NCBI GenBank assembly: GCA_965215615.1
Contig: OZ244068.1
Span: 2,558,504-2,622,503 of the forward strand
Origin: Vicinamibacteria bacterium
Lineage (GTDB): Bacteria; Acidobacteriota; Vicinamibacteria; Marinacidobacterales; Marinacidobacteraceae
Length of the DNA: 64,000 nt
Reading direction: 5' to 3'
Under the pieces are notes generated by a model. That model ran no database searches, was not told where the DNA came from, and saw only the letters and a list, made by a program, of their open reading frames with translations. The position numbers and the translations under genes were made by a program. Below, one piece after another: positions 1 through 7,657 of this stretch (position 1 is the stretch's first letter; each line of letters begins with the position of its first letter).

Positions 1-2
1 CT

Positions 3-233
3 CCCGGCGGCTACACCAGCCTGGAGCGGCACGTCCACACCCACATCGTGATCGGCGCGCGCGGCGAGGGGGTGCTGGTGCTCGGAGGGCAGCGCATGCC
101 GCTCCGCCATCTCGATGTCGCTTCGGTTCGTCCGCTGGAGGCCCACCAGTTGCGAAACGAGACCGAAGAGCCGTTCGGCTTCTTCTGCGTCGTGGACCAC
201 GAGCGCGACCGACCGATGCCCGGCGCGGAATGA
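3..233 (+). CDS. Cupin-domain protein, C-terminal fragment (gene starts upstream of the window)
   Basis: Frame-3 translation reads ...PGGYTSLERHVHTHIVIGARGEGVLVLGG..., a cupin-like G(X)5HXH...G motif region. Stop codon at 231-233. Confidence 0.45.
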   Translation, partial: PGGYTSLERHVHTHIVIGARGEGVLVLGGQRMPLRHLDVASVRPLEAHQLRNETEEPFGFFCVVDHERDRPMPGAE

Positions 234-244
234 CCTGAGCCAGC

Positions 245-410
245 TCGGGTCAATTCGATCTGAACTCAGGTCCATTCCCGACCTGGAGCGGTGCCCTCGA
301 TCCCGATTTCCATGGGAAGCAGAGCCCGGAAAAACGGCTCCCCCTCCCGCGCCCGGAGCTCAGGTCATTTCACCCGGAACTCGGGTCATTTCGCGAAATT
401 CGACCTCCCA
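245..410. repeat. Four imperfect direct repeats of GGTCA(T/A)TTC-like sequence between the cupin gene and the integrase; possible integrase arm-type / att-region sites
   Basis: Copies read gggtcaattcga (~253), caggtccattccc (~276), caggtcatttcac (~372) and cgggtcatttcgc (~394). Tyrosine integrases commonly have clustered arm-type direct repeats beside their att site. Confidence 0.3.
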
Positions 411-450
411 TTCAACACGATGCCAACACCGCCGAAACAATTCGGTGCAG

Positions 451-1698
451 TCAGGATGCTTGCGGGAAGCTGAGTTCGTCGATCCGGTCGGCGATCTGCT
501 GCGCCGGCTCTCGAAGCTGCTCCAGGGTCCACTCCGCCGCGTATCCCTCGGTCACGTCGCCCCGGCTGCTGTGCCCCACGAGTCGCTTGGTCAGGGGCCG
601 GGGCAGCATCAGTTCGCGCTCGGCCACCGAGATGAAGCAGTTCCGGAGCCCGTGGAACCAGAACCGGATTCCTGCTGTCTGTTCGATCCGGAAGTGGAGG
701 TGCTGGAGCTGCTCCATGTGGCCCGATGCGCTCGTCGAGGAGGGAAAGACCCACTCGTCCGGGCCGCGTGCGGCCGCCCGCCGCTGGAGGATCGCGGCGA
801 GCTGACGGGTGAAGGGAAGCACGAGCGGCGCTCCCGATTTGGTGTCTTCGACCCGCAATCTGCCGTTTTCGAAGTCCAGCCGATCCCAACCGAGGCTCAT
901 GATTTCGCCGCGGCGCATCCCGGTGTAAAGCGCGATCCAGAAGATGTCCCGGGTGGACGGTTTGTGGACTTCCGCCTCGATGGCGGCGCGCCAGCGGGGA
1001 AGCACTTCAGACGGCGCGGCGATCTTGCGCCGCACCGGAGGGTGGTAACGGCCACCTCCATCGATCCACTGTTCCACCGGGTTGCGGAGGCTCGCGTGAT
1101 CCACGCACGGGCGGCGATAGACCGATCGCAACAGCGAGATCGCGTGGTTGGCCACCGCCCGGCCATGCCGCTCGGTGATCCGGAAGAAGCGGCCCTCCAC
1201 GTCCTTGCGCTCGATGGCGCTGAGCGGCCGGGAAAGCCAGTCGCTGAAGCAATAGCCCATCTGCCCCCGGTAGAGCGATTCGGTGCTGGGCTTGCGGTTG
1301 GGATTGGCCGCGAGGTAATCGGCGAACGCCTGGTTGAGCGTGGGTATCCGTCGCGCCTCGGCACGCTCCTCCGCCGGATCCTCGCCAGCGGCCACCCGTC
1401 CGAGCAGCTCGCGCGCGAGCTTTCGCGCCCGCACCGGTTCGACCGCTCCGTACCGGCCGATCACGATGCGCCGGTTGGGTGCGTTGCGCCCGCCATTTCC
1501 CGGTCGGTAGTTGACAATGAACGACTTGCAACCCGACGGCTGGACGCGCACGCCGAAGCCGGGCAGCCGGTCGTCCCAGGCGATCCAGGGCTTGGCGCGG
1601 GGGCGCAGCGTCTCCACCTGGCGCTTGCCGAGGCGTTTTTTGACCTTGGCGACGCGTTTACCGCTCGGAGGGCTCATGAGGGCGCGGCAGTCTGACAC
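451..1698 (-). CDS. int: Tyrosine-type site-specific integrase (phage / integrative-element type)
   Basis: 415-aa ORF with an N-terminal DUF4102-like arm-binding region and a C-terminal catalytic region carrying HGLRN...RLVGH...Y motifs typical of tyrosine recombinases. Confidence 0.85.
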   Translation of the reverse strand: MSDCRALMSPPSGKRVAKVKKRLGKRQVETLRPRAKPWIAWDDRLPGFGVRVQPSGCKSFIVNYRPGNGGRNAPNRRIVIGRYGAVEPVRARKLARELLGRVAAGEDPAEERAEARRIPTLNQAFADYLAANPNRKPSTESLYRGQMGYCFSDWLSRPLSAIERKDVEGRFFRITERHGRAVANHAISLLRSVYRRPCVDHASLRNPVEQWIDGGGRYHPPVRRKIAAPSEVLPRWRAAIEAEVHKPSTRDIFWIALYTGMRRGEIMSLGWDRLDFENGRLRVEDTKSGAPLVLPFTRQLAAILQRRAAARGPDEWVFPSSTSASGHMEQLQHLHFRIEQTAGIRFWFHGLRNCFISVAERELMLPRPLTKRLVGHSSRGDVTEGYAAEWTLEQLREPAQQIADRIDELSFPQAS

Positions 1699-1800
1699 GC
1701 CGCAATAGGAATCAACACGGAAATCAACACGGAGAGCCGCGACGCGCCGAATTCCGGCATCTGTTCCAGAAGTGGCCTCTCGCCGCCACGAATTTTGATT
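1698..1800. repeat. Tandem 12-bp direct repeat (aatcaacacgga x2) in the integrase upstream region
   Basis: The sequence aggaatcaacacggaaatcaacacggagagc lies immediately upstream of the int start. It could be a regulatory or recombination-directionality binding site. Confidence 0.2.
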
Positions 1801-1906
1801 TCCTTGACTGCTAAAGGATTGTGGGACAAATGCCGCCCGTCGGGCCGGCCATCCTCCGCTGCATCGTCAGGCTTTCCATCTTGCCCTTGTCCTGGGTGCC
1901 GGTCTC

Positions 1907-3832
1907 GTGCTCTCCGGGTGCGGCGATGATGACGACGATCCGGCTCCCGCTCCGGCCCCTGCGCCTGCCCCCGCTCCTGCGCCTGCTCCCCCCGCTCCCG
2001 AACCGGAGCCCGAGCCTGAGCCTCCCGCTCCTCCGCCGGAGCCCGAGCCCGAACCCGAGCCGTTCGTGATTTCCATGACTCCTCCGATGGCGGACGACGA
2101 CGAGGATTGCCACGGCTACGCGATGTGCCCGGATAAGGGTGACGATAAGGAGACCGCCATGGCGTGGCCGAACGAGCACATGGTGGTCAACAGCTCTCAT
2201 GCGGCGATCATCTCTCCGCATTGGATTGAAGGCGCAAACGGAGTTGGTGTCATGGCTGGCGAAACCAATCATCCGTTCATGAACGTGGAGTGGCATGCGA
2301 AGCAGTCCATTGTCGTGGGGGACGGTGTAACTTTCGTAGCTCACCGGGTGACCATCGGCGCAGGGCAGGAAATGGAGCCGACGGGTGAAATCATGTACAT
2401 CACCTGTGGCCCGTTCGCGTGCTCGGATGCGGCGGTGACACCGCCTTCCGCTCCTGAATCCACTATCGCCAATTCGGCCGCCTGCGAAGGCTGGGATTCC
2501 ACCAGCCTGGAACTCATGGTAGGTGTCATTGATCCCGACGGTGCGATGCTTGATGGCGATAACTCGATCTCCAAGGGTTTTGACCTCGGTTGGGTTTACA
2601 CAGCGAACACGAAGTTCACCGTCAAGCACGACTTCGGCGTGTTCGACCAGTCCGGTGGCGAAGTTGCCAAGGGATCCGACCAGGCGTTGCCTGCCGGACG
2701 GTCGCCTCGCGCGGGAACGGAGAGACGACGGGACATCGTAGATGGCACACGAGTCGTGATTGACGAAGATGGTTGTGGCGACGCAATGCGTAATGCGGCG
2801 GGTTTCGATCTCTACGGTGGCGCGGTCAGCGATCTGAATCATCCGGACAACTGTTTCCGCCTGAGTTCAGAGGCTGACTATCTGAGCCAATACAGCGTCG
2901 AACTGACTCCCAAGGATGCCGGAGTCTCTTGGGGCGAGATCGCCTGGGATGCCTTCAAGGAGCTGAAGTGCGAGGCGAAGACGTTCGTCGCCAGCGAACA
3001 GCTTGACGTGTGCGAACTCCTGGAGGCGGAAGTGGACGAGATCAGCGGCGAAATGAGCGTTGTGCCGGTGGTTGGAGTTACCTCCGGCGACGGTGCGAAC
3101 GGTGTGGACGGCAGTCGGCTGGCGGGTTTCGATCTGGTTCTTCCCATCAACCAGAACCGGTGGACAGCGCTCAACTACTACGACACCACGACACCCCCTG
3201 CAAAAGACACGAACGATCTGTACGACAAAACGCCCATCCGCGAGGGAGGGGACACCGACGACATCAACCAGCGGGGGCGGGTAAATGGCTATACCAATCC
3301 CACGACTGGTAATGATGAACACCGTGTATGGGTCAAGATCAACGACGATGACGGAGACCCGATGTACGGCGACCTCGGCAAGGTTGATGCTTTCGGCACG
3401 ACCGAGCTCGTGGGTCGAGGCAACACCGACCGGACTGTGGCTCCGACCGTAGATACCCGGACCGCCAATAGCCCGGCCGCGTACGGCGGTGACGACCGGG
3501 CCGATAACTACCTCGGTAACAGCGATGCCATGAAGTGTTCCGCTGACGATGGTGGCGAAAAAACCTCGACCACCAACCAGGGCACCGGCATCGCCGCGAA
3601 GGCGCTTTCAGACGGCGACGGCACTCTGTGTGACGCGGAGGACGTCGAGATCGAGACATCCATCACCTTCACCGACGGGATGGGCTTCGAGTGCGCCGTG
3701 GAGCGTACCTACACGCTCACCTGCCAGTGGGACTCGAGCGGCGGACGGAAGGCCGGCACGATCGGCAGTACACGGCCCACTTCCTTGACCCAAAGTGATG
3801 CCGATAACTTTGTCCACTGCACGGTGAGTTGA
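1907..3832 (+). CDS. Secreted / lipoprotein-like hypothetical protein with N-terminal Pro-Ala / Pro-Glu low-complexity linker; Asp/Gly/Cys-rich
   Basis: 641-aa ORF starting at GTG (MLSGCGDDDDDPAPAPAPAP...PEPEPEP...). The in-frame upstream sequence encodes a hydrophobic stretch and lipobox (LALVLGAGLVLSGC) but has no canonical start codon. GC is lower than the window average. A strong terminator follows. Confidence 0.5.
   Translation: MLSGCGDDDDDPAPAPAPAPAPAPAPAPPAPEPEPEPEPPAPPPEPEPEPEPFVISMTPPMADDDEDCHGYAMCPDKGDDKETAMAWPNEHMVVNSSHAAIISPHWIEGANGVGVMAGETNHPFMNVEWHAKQSIVVGDGVTFVAHRVTIGAGQEMEPTGEIMYITCGPFACSDAAVTPPSAPESTIANSAACEGWDSTSLELMVGVIDPDGAMLDGDNSISKGFDLGWVYTANTKFTVKHDFGVFDQSGGEVAKGSDQALPAGRSPRAGTERRRDIVDGTRVVIDEDGCGDAMRNAAGFDLYGGAVSDLNHPDNCFRLSSEADYLSQYSVELTPKDAGVSWGEIAWDAFKELKCEAKTFVASEQLDVCELLEAEVDEISGEMSVVPVVGVTSGDGANGVDGSRLAGFDLVLPINQNRWTALNYYDTTTPPAKDTNDLYDKTPIREGGDTDDINQRGRVNGYTNPTTGNDEHRVWVKINDDDGDPMYGDLGKVDAFGTTELVGRGNTDRTVAPTVDTRTANSPAAYGGDDRADNYLGNSDAMKCSADDGGEKTSTTNQGTGIAAKALSDGDGTLCDAEDVEIETSITFTDGMGFECAVERTYTLTCQWDSSGGRKAGTIGSTRPTSLTQSDADNFVHCTVS
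1929..2060 (+). repeat. Hexanucleotide (ccggct/cccgct; gagccc/gaaccc) tandem repeats encoding the (PA)n/(PE)n linker
   Basis: Directly visible run of (PA)x8 and (PE)x7 codons. Confidence 0.7.
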
Positions 3833-3866
3833 GGCACTTCCCTCCAGACGCTCACCAGTAGAGCGA

Positions 3867-3904
3867 GAACCCCGGGGCCAACCGGCCCCGGGGTTCTTTT
3901 TTTT
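3867..3904 (+). terminator. Rho-independent terminator
   Basis: gaaccccggggcc-aacc-ggccccggggttc perfect 13-bp stem followed by a T9 tract, 35 nt after the stop of the 1907..3832 gene. Confidence 0.65.
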
Positions 3905-3947
3905 GTGGGAGCTACGTGTGAATCTCTCGTAAGATTGAGGAGGAGAA

Positions 3948-4097
3948 ATGATCTCTCCGGAAGCCAAGAAACGCATCTGCGAAATTCTCGAAGCCTGTGC
4001 TCGCAAAAAGCGGACGATCACATATGGCCACTTGGGGGCGGAGTTGCCCGGCTCCATCGCCCCTCATCCCGGATTATTCATGAGAGGCATTCAATAA
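3948..4097 (+). CDS. Small hypothetical ORF (49 aa) in a low-GC patch
   Basis: Preceded by a good RBS (gaggaggagaaATG). The product is MISPEAKKRICEILEACARKKRTITYGHLGAELPGSIAPHPGLFMRGIQ. It may be a remnant of a larger accessory gene. Confidence 0.25.
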   Translation: MISPEAKKRICEILEACARKKRTITYGHLGAELPGSIAPHPGLFMRGIQ

Positions 4098-4287
4098 AGA
4101 CAGAGATAGCTGAAGAGGCGAGATGATGGGGTGAGAGCTGATGCGGGGTAGGTTTTTACGTCGCTGATCCGGCTTGCGCTGGGGTTTTCGAGTGGTCAAC
4201 GGGAGGATTTGGTTCGGAGAGATCGAGAGAATCGGCGTAACGGACACCTCGCCCGGTGAACTGTGGCGTTTTCTTCCAAAAACGGTG

Positions 4288-4635
4288 TCAACCGCATTCC
4301 CAATCGAGTCTGGGAAGCAGAGAGAGGAAGCGGTTCCAGTCGTCGGCCATGTCACGAGAGATGACGAAGGTGATTCTTCTGCCGTGCGTCACCACTCGGG
4401 CCGGTACCTTCAGCACCCGTTCCCGGAAACGCCGGATGCTCCATCCGCGCCGGGTGGATCGCTCCATCAATCGTCGCCCGACATGCAGCACCTGGTAAGC
4501 CAGCAGATGCAGCAGGAACAGCGCCTGGTTCGCGGGATCGACGCGATTCTGCTTCTCCGGGTCCGAGGGTGCTTCCTTGCCGGAACGGGGAGCGGATGAC
4601 AGCAGCACCGACTGCTCCGTCATCAGTTCTCCCAT
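4288..4635 (-). pseudogene. Transposase C-terminal fragment (IS4/IS1380-like DDE transposase tail)
   Basis: ...RFRERVLKVPARVVTHGRRITFVISRDMADDW... resembles the conserved C-terminal end of DDE transposases. There is no upstream catalytic region, and the ORF abuts the IS5 element. Confidence 0.3.
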
Positions 4636-5870
4636 GAAAGGTCTGATTTATTCGGCCAACATGTGAGACAATTTCCTTGTTCGCGATGACGCGAAGAGGA
4701 GATGAACATGAGACAGCAAACACTTGCTGAGGTTGGTTTCGACCGGTATCGCAAGAAGACGCGCCGGGATGTGTTTTTGGAGGAGATGGACCGGGTCGTT
4801 CCGTGGGATGAACTGTTCAAGCTGCTGGGGCCGAAGTACCCGAAAGGGAAGCGCGGCCGTCCTCCGATAGGGCTTGAGCGGATGCTTCGGTTGTATTTTC
4901 TACAGCAGTGGTTCGACCTTTCGGACCCGGCAGCGGAGGAGGCGTTGTATGACTCTCATGCGATGCGACGTTTCGTTGGGATTGACCTTGGGCGTGAACG
5001 GGCGCCGGACGAGACGACGCTGTGCAAGTTCCGGCGTTTCCTGGAGCGGCACGACTTCGGGAGCAAGGTGATGGCAATCGTGCGCGAGCATTTGGAGGCG
5101 CATGGCGTACAAGTGTGCAAAGGGACGATGGTGGATGCGACGATCCTGGCGGCGCCCTCTTCAACGAAGAACAAGGCGCGGTCGCGAGATCCGGAGATGG
5201 GTTCGACGAAGAAGGGGAACCGTTGGCATTTCGGGATGAAGGCACACATCGGAGTGGACTCGAAGACGAAGCAGATTCACTCGGTGGAGGCGACGGCGGC
5301 GAATGTTCACGACTCCCAGGTATTGGGGGCGTTGCTGCACGGCGAGGAGACCCGGATATGGGGAGACAAGGCGTATGTGGGTCAGCGGGAGGTGATTCGT
5401 TCGGTGGCGGCGCGGGCACAGGACTTCACCCTTCGCAAGGCGGCGCGTGGCCGTCCGCTGACCGAGGCGGAGAAACGGGGGAATCGGACGAAGTCGCGGG
5501 TTCGCGCTCGCGTGGAACACCCCTTCCTGGTGATGAAGAAGAAGTTCGGCTTCGAGAAGGTGCGCTATCGAGGATTGGCGAAGAACGCTCATCGGCTCCG
5601 CGTAGTCTGCGCGCTGGTCAACCTCTACACGGCGCGACGACCAGTGTTGGCAGCTCTGCCCGTGTAAGGGAGAAGTGCGTCCACCCTCGCAGGGAGGGTG
5701 AAAATCACTCAGAAACGCTACAAGTGATACCCCAAAACTCTCTGCGAAGGCGCGCATCAGCCTCTCACAGGAGAAGTTTCAAACAGAAACAAGGGCGGTA
5801 TTTGGCGATGTACGTTCTCAGAAGGCCATCAAGCTGAAATCAGGCCCTTGTTCAGACCTTCCGTTCTCCA
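4636..5870 (+). mobile_element. IS5-family insertion sequence (intact transposase; imperfect terminal inverted repeats GAAAGGTCTGA... / ...TCAGACCTTCC)
   Basis: Left end gaaaggtctgattt and right end (reverse complement) ggaaggtctgaaca match at 10-11 of 12 positions. The flanking sequence ttctcc(c)at recurs on both sides. The right end lies inside the IS3 orfA reading frame. Confidence 0.55.
4702..5667 (+). CDS. IS5-family DDE transposase
   Basis: 321 aa. Typical IS5-group motifs are present (…HFGMKAHIGVD…SVEATAANVHD…GDKAYVG…). Confidence 0.85.
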   Translation: MNMRQQTLAEVGFDRYRKKTRRDVFLEEMDRVVPWDELFKLLGPKYPKGKRGRPPIGLERMLRLYFLQQWFDLSDPAAEEALYDSHAMRRFVGIDLGRERAPDETTLCKFRRFLERHDFGSKVMAIVREHLEAHGVQVCKGTMVDATILAAPSSTKNKARSRDPEMGSTKKGNRWHFGMKAHIGVDSKTKQIHSVEATAANVHDSQVLGALLHGEETRIWGDKAYVGQREVIRSVAARAQDFTLRKAARGRPLTEAEKRGNRTKSRVRARVEHPFLVMKKKFGFEKVRYRGLAKNAHRLRVVCALVNLYTARRPVLAALPV

Positions 5871-6156
5871 TGACCAACTGGCCGATCTTGGCTCGCAGCC
5901 CCTCCGGATCGCTCTGCGGATCCACCGCGGCCTCCTTCTCCCCGAAGACATCCGAGGCGTGTCGCAACAGGCGCCGCTTCCAGTCCTGAATCTGGCTCGG
6001 ATGGACCTCGAACTGCTGCGACAGATCGGCCATCGTCCGGTCCTGGCGGAGCGCGGCGAGCGCTACCTTGGCCTTGAAGGCCGCTGAGTGATTACGTCGG
6101 GGGCGACGGGGCATCGGGGACTCCTCCTGGAACTCCAGGTGCGGCTGCCGGTCCAC
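5818..6156 (-). pseudogene. IS3-family transposase OrfA (HTH_Tnp_1), probably truncated at its C-terminus by the IS5 insertion; no orfB present
   Basis: MPRRPRRNHSAAFKAKVALAALRQDRTMADLSQQFEVHPSQIQDWKRRLLRHASDVFG…LRAKIGQLVMEN is a classic IS3 OrfA. The frame then runs into the IS5 terminal repeat (ggaaggtctgaac) instead of the usual ...ENDFL... continuation. No rve-domain orfB follows. Confidence 0.65.
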
Positions 6157-6343
6157 TTAACAGGCTGTGGAAAAACTAACGCGGCATTCGACGAGCGATG
6201 CATCCCGTCTGAACGCTCGCCTGGAGGCTCGCTCTTCGTTGCGATTCGCTCGAAATAGCGCTGCTATTGCTCACTCACGCGCCTTGTCAGCCGGGCGCCT
6301 CACCCGTCTCGGTGCTCACGCCAGTTTATCCACAGCCTGTTAA
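6157..6343. mobile_element. MITE-like non-autonomous element, copy 1 (187 bp including TTAA flanks; 20-bp perfect TIR ttaaCAGGCTGTGGAaAAACT / AGTTTaTCCACAGCCTGttaa)
   Basis: Terminal inverted repeats are visible directly. The same ~179-bp core recurs at 13096..13274. Here it sits between the IS3 left end and the orfA start. Confidence 0.75.
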
Positions 6344-6487
6344 CCGGAGCCGAATTTTGTCCAACCGATGGGGTCCACCTCTGCCTGGGGGATGCGGGTC
6401 ACCCTGCTCGATGCCTTCACCTACGAACCCTGACGCAAAAGCACGGTAGGAAGCCCCGCCCGGGTTTGCCAGCAGTGTGGAGCCGGT

Positions 6488-6946
6488 TCAGGAGCCCGCG
6501 GGCGCTGCCGCCTCGTCGCGGGGCGGCAGCCGATCCAGCAGGATGGCCAAGGTGGCTTCGATCCCGGTGAGTCGCTCCTCGATCCGGGTGACCCGCTCGG
6601 AGAGTTGACCGATCTCCTCATGCATCTCTGTTCGGAGCGCGCCGATCTCCTCATGCATCTCGGTTCGGAGCGCGCCGATCTCCTCATGCATCTCGGTTCG
6701 GAGCGCGCCGATCTCCTCATGCATCTCGGTTCGGAGCGAGCCGATCTCCTCATGCATCTCGGTTCGGAGCGAGCCGATCTCCTCATGCATCTCGGCTCGG
6801 AGGTCGCCGATCTCCCCTCGCACGGTGAGCAGGCTCTGGTTGACCGAGATGAAGCTGAGGGCGGCCGCGCCGATCACGGCGGCGAAGGTCGTCACGAGAG
6901 CCGCCATGAGAGCCGTCACAAGCAGCGTGTCCCGGTGTCTCGCCAT
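6488..6946 (-). CDS. Membrane-anchored protein with six tandem 11-residue (hendecad) repeats RTEMHEEIGAL
   Basis: The ORF track gives a 196-aa frame from 7078. The likely start is the internal Met (MARHRDTLLVTALMAALVTTFAAVIGAAALSFI, one TM helix). This is followed by 6.5 copies of an 11-aa repeat encoded by 33-bp tandem DNA repeats. Confidence 0.5.
   Translation of the reverse strand: MARHRDTLLVTALMAALVTTFAAVIGAAALSFISVNQSLLTVRGEIGDLRAEMHEEIGSLRTEMHEEIGSLRTEMHEEIGALRTEMHEEIGALRTEMHEEIGALRTEMHEEIGQLSERVTRIEERLTGIEATLAILLDRLPPRDEAAAPAGS
6605..6815. repeat. 33-bp tandem repeat x6 (+1 partial): gccgatctcctcatgcatctcggttcggagcgc
   Basis: Near-perfect head-to-tail copies are visible in the sequence. 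They are in frame within the 6488..6946 CDS. Confidence 0.85.
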
Positions 6947-7273
6947 CAGACCGGGTTTTCCGCTTCTCACTGTTCGTCCTTCGCCGATGTCAGTATAGGG
7001 GCCGGAGCGGGTTCCGGGCAAAGGCGTTTCCGCCAGGGTGGGTTCGGAGTGGGTTGCATGGTTGGCCATGCAAATCAAGACGCAAAAACGGAGGGTTTTG
7101 GTGCGTCGTGGCCGAAATTTCCCGAAAAATGTGGAAAACCTGCTCCGGTCGCTCTGGTCGCTTCGCTCCCGCCGCTCCCTCCAGCCGGGGCCGGCACGAT
7201 CAACCCGGAAAGCGCCCCGGAAGTGTCAACTTTTCATATCCCATTTCTGTCCACTTTTTCGAATTCCCATTGA

Positions 7274-7312
7274 CACAAGCCGGGGCGCGACCGCTCGCGG
7301 ACGATCACCGCC
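7274..7312. repeat. 38-bp fragment identical (1 mismatch) to an internal segment of the AAA-ATPase gene at 13578..13615
   Basis: cacaagccggggcg(c/g)gaccgctcgcggacgatcaccgc is present at both loci. Here it lies in non-coding DNA, suggesting a remnant of a deleted paralogue. Confidence 0.4.
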
Positions 7313-7476
7313 TGGGGGATGCGGGGAGTCGCCCCGGGCATCTTCCCGAACTCCGGAAGCCGATTTCGCCCCCCACTTCCGGAATCGAGATCCTCAGCCC
7401 GGCGGATTTTGTGTCAGGCAAAGATTGAACCTTGTCTTGCGAGGCTTGCTGACAAAACTGGAGGAATATGCGGGAT

Positions 7477-7561
7477 GCCGGGGACTCCTCCTGGAATTCC
7501 AGACGCGGCTGCCGGTCCACCTGACCGGATCCGAATTTTGTCCAACCGATGGGATCCACCT
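7477..7561. repeat. Solo IS3-family left-end remnant (IRL plus first ~14 codons of orfA), second copy of the sequence at 6113..6156+6344..6381
   Basis: The ~85-bp match includes ...ggggactcctcctggaattccag.cgcggctgccggtccac... (reverse complement encodes VDRQP(R/H)LEFQEESP) and ccgaattttgtccaaccgatggg(a/g)tccacctc. This copy lacks the MITE. Confidence 0.45.
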
Positions 7562-7657
7562 CAATGGACGCAGGAACGGGCTGACCCCGGAGCATCGTGC
7601 AGACCATTCTCGACGAAGAGTGACGCGCCTCGTCTTCGATCGCGACGGGGAACGCGA

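Noticed and set aside
233-451. Expected tRNA gene next to the integrase as the integration target
   Set aside because: I could not see any cloverleaf-capable ~75-nt segment or conserved T-loop (GTTCRA) motif. The interval instead contains short direct repeats, and a cupin gene ends at 233.
115-1695. 526-aa plus-strand ORF fully overlapping the integrase gene
   Set aside because: This is a high-GC antisense shadow ORF. The opposite strand encodes a well-conserved tyrosine integrase.
6605-6815. 33-bp tandem repeats that superficially resemble a short CRISPR-like array
   Set aside because: The units are directly contiguous with no spacers. They are in frame within a protein-coding ORF (11-aa repeats), and no cas genes are present.
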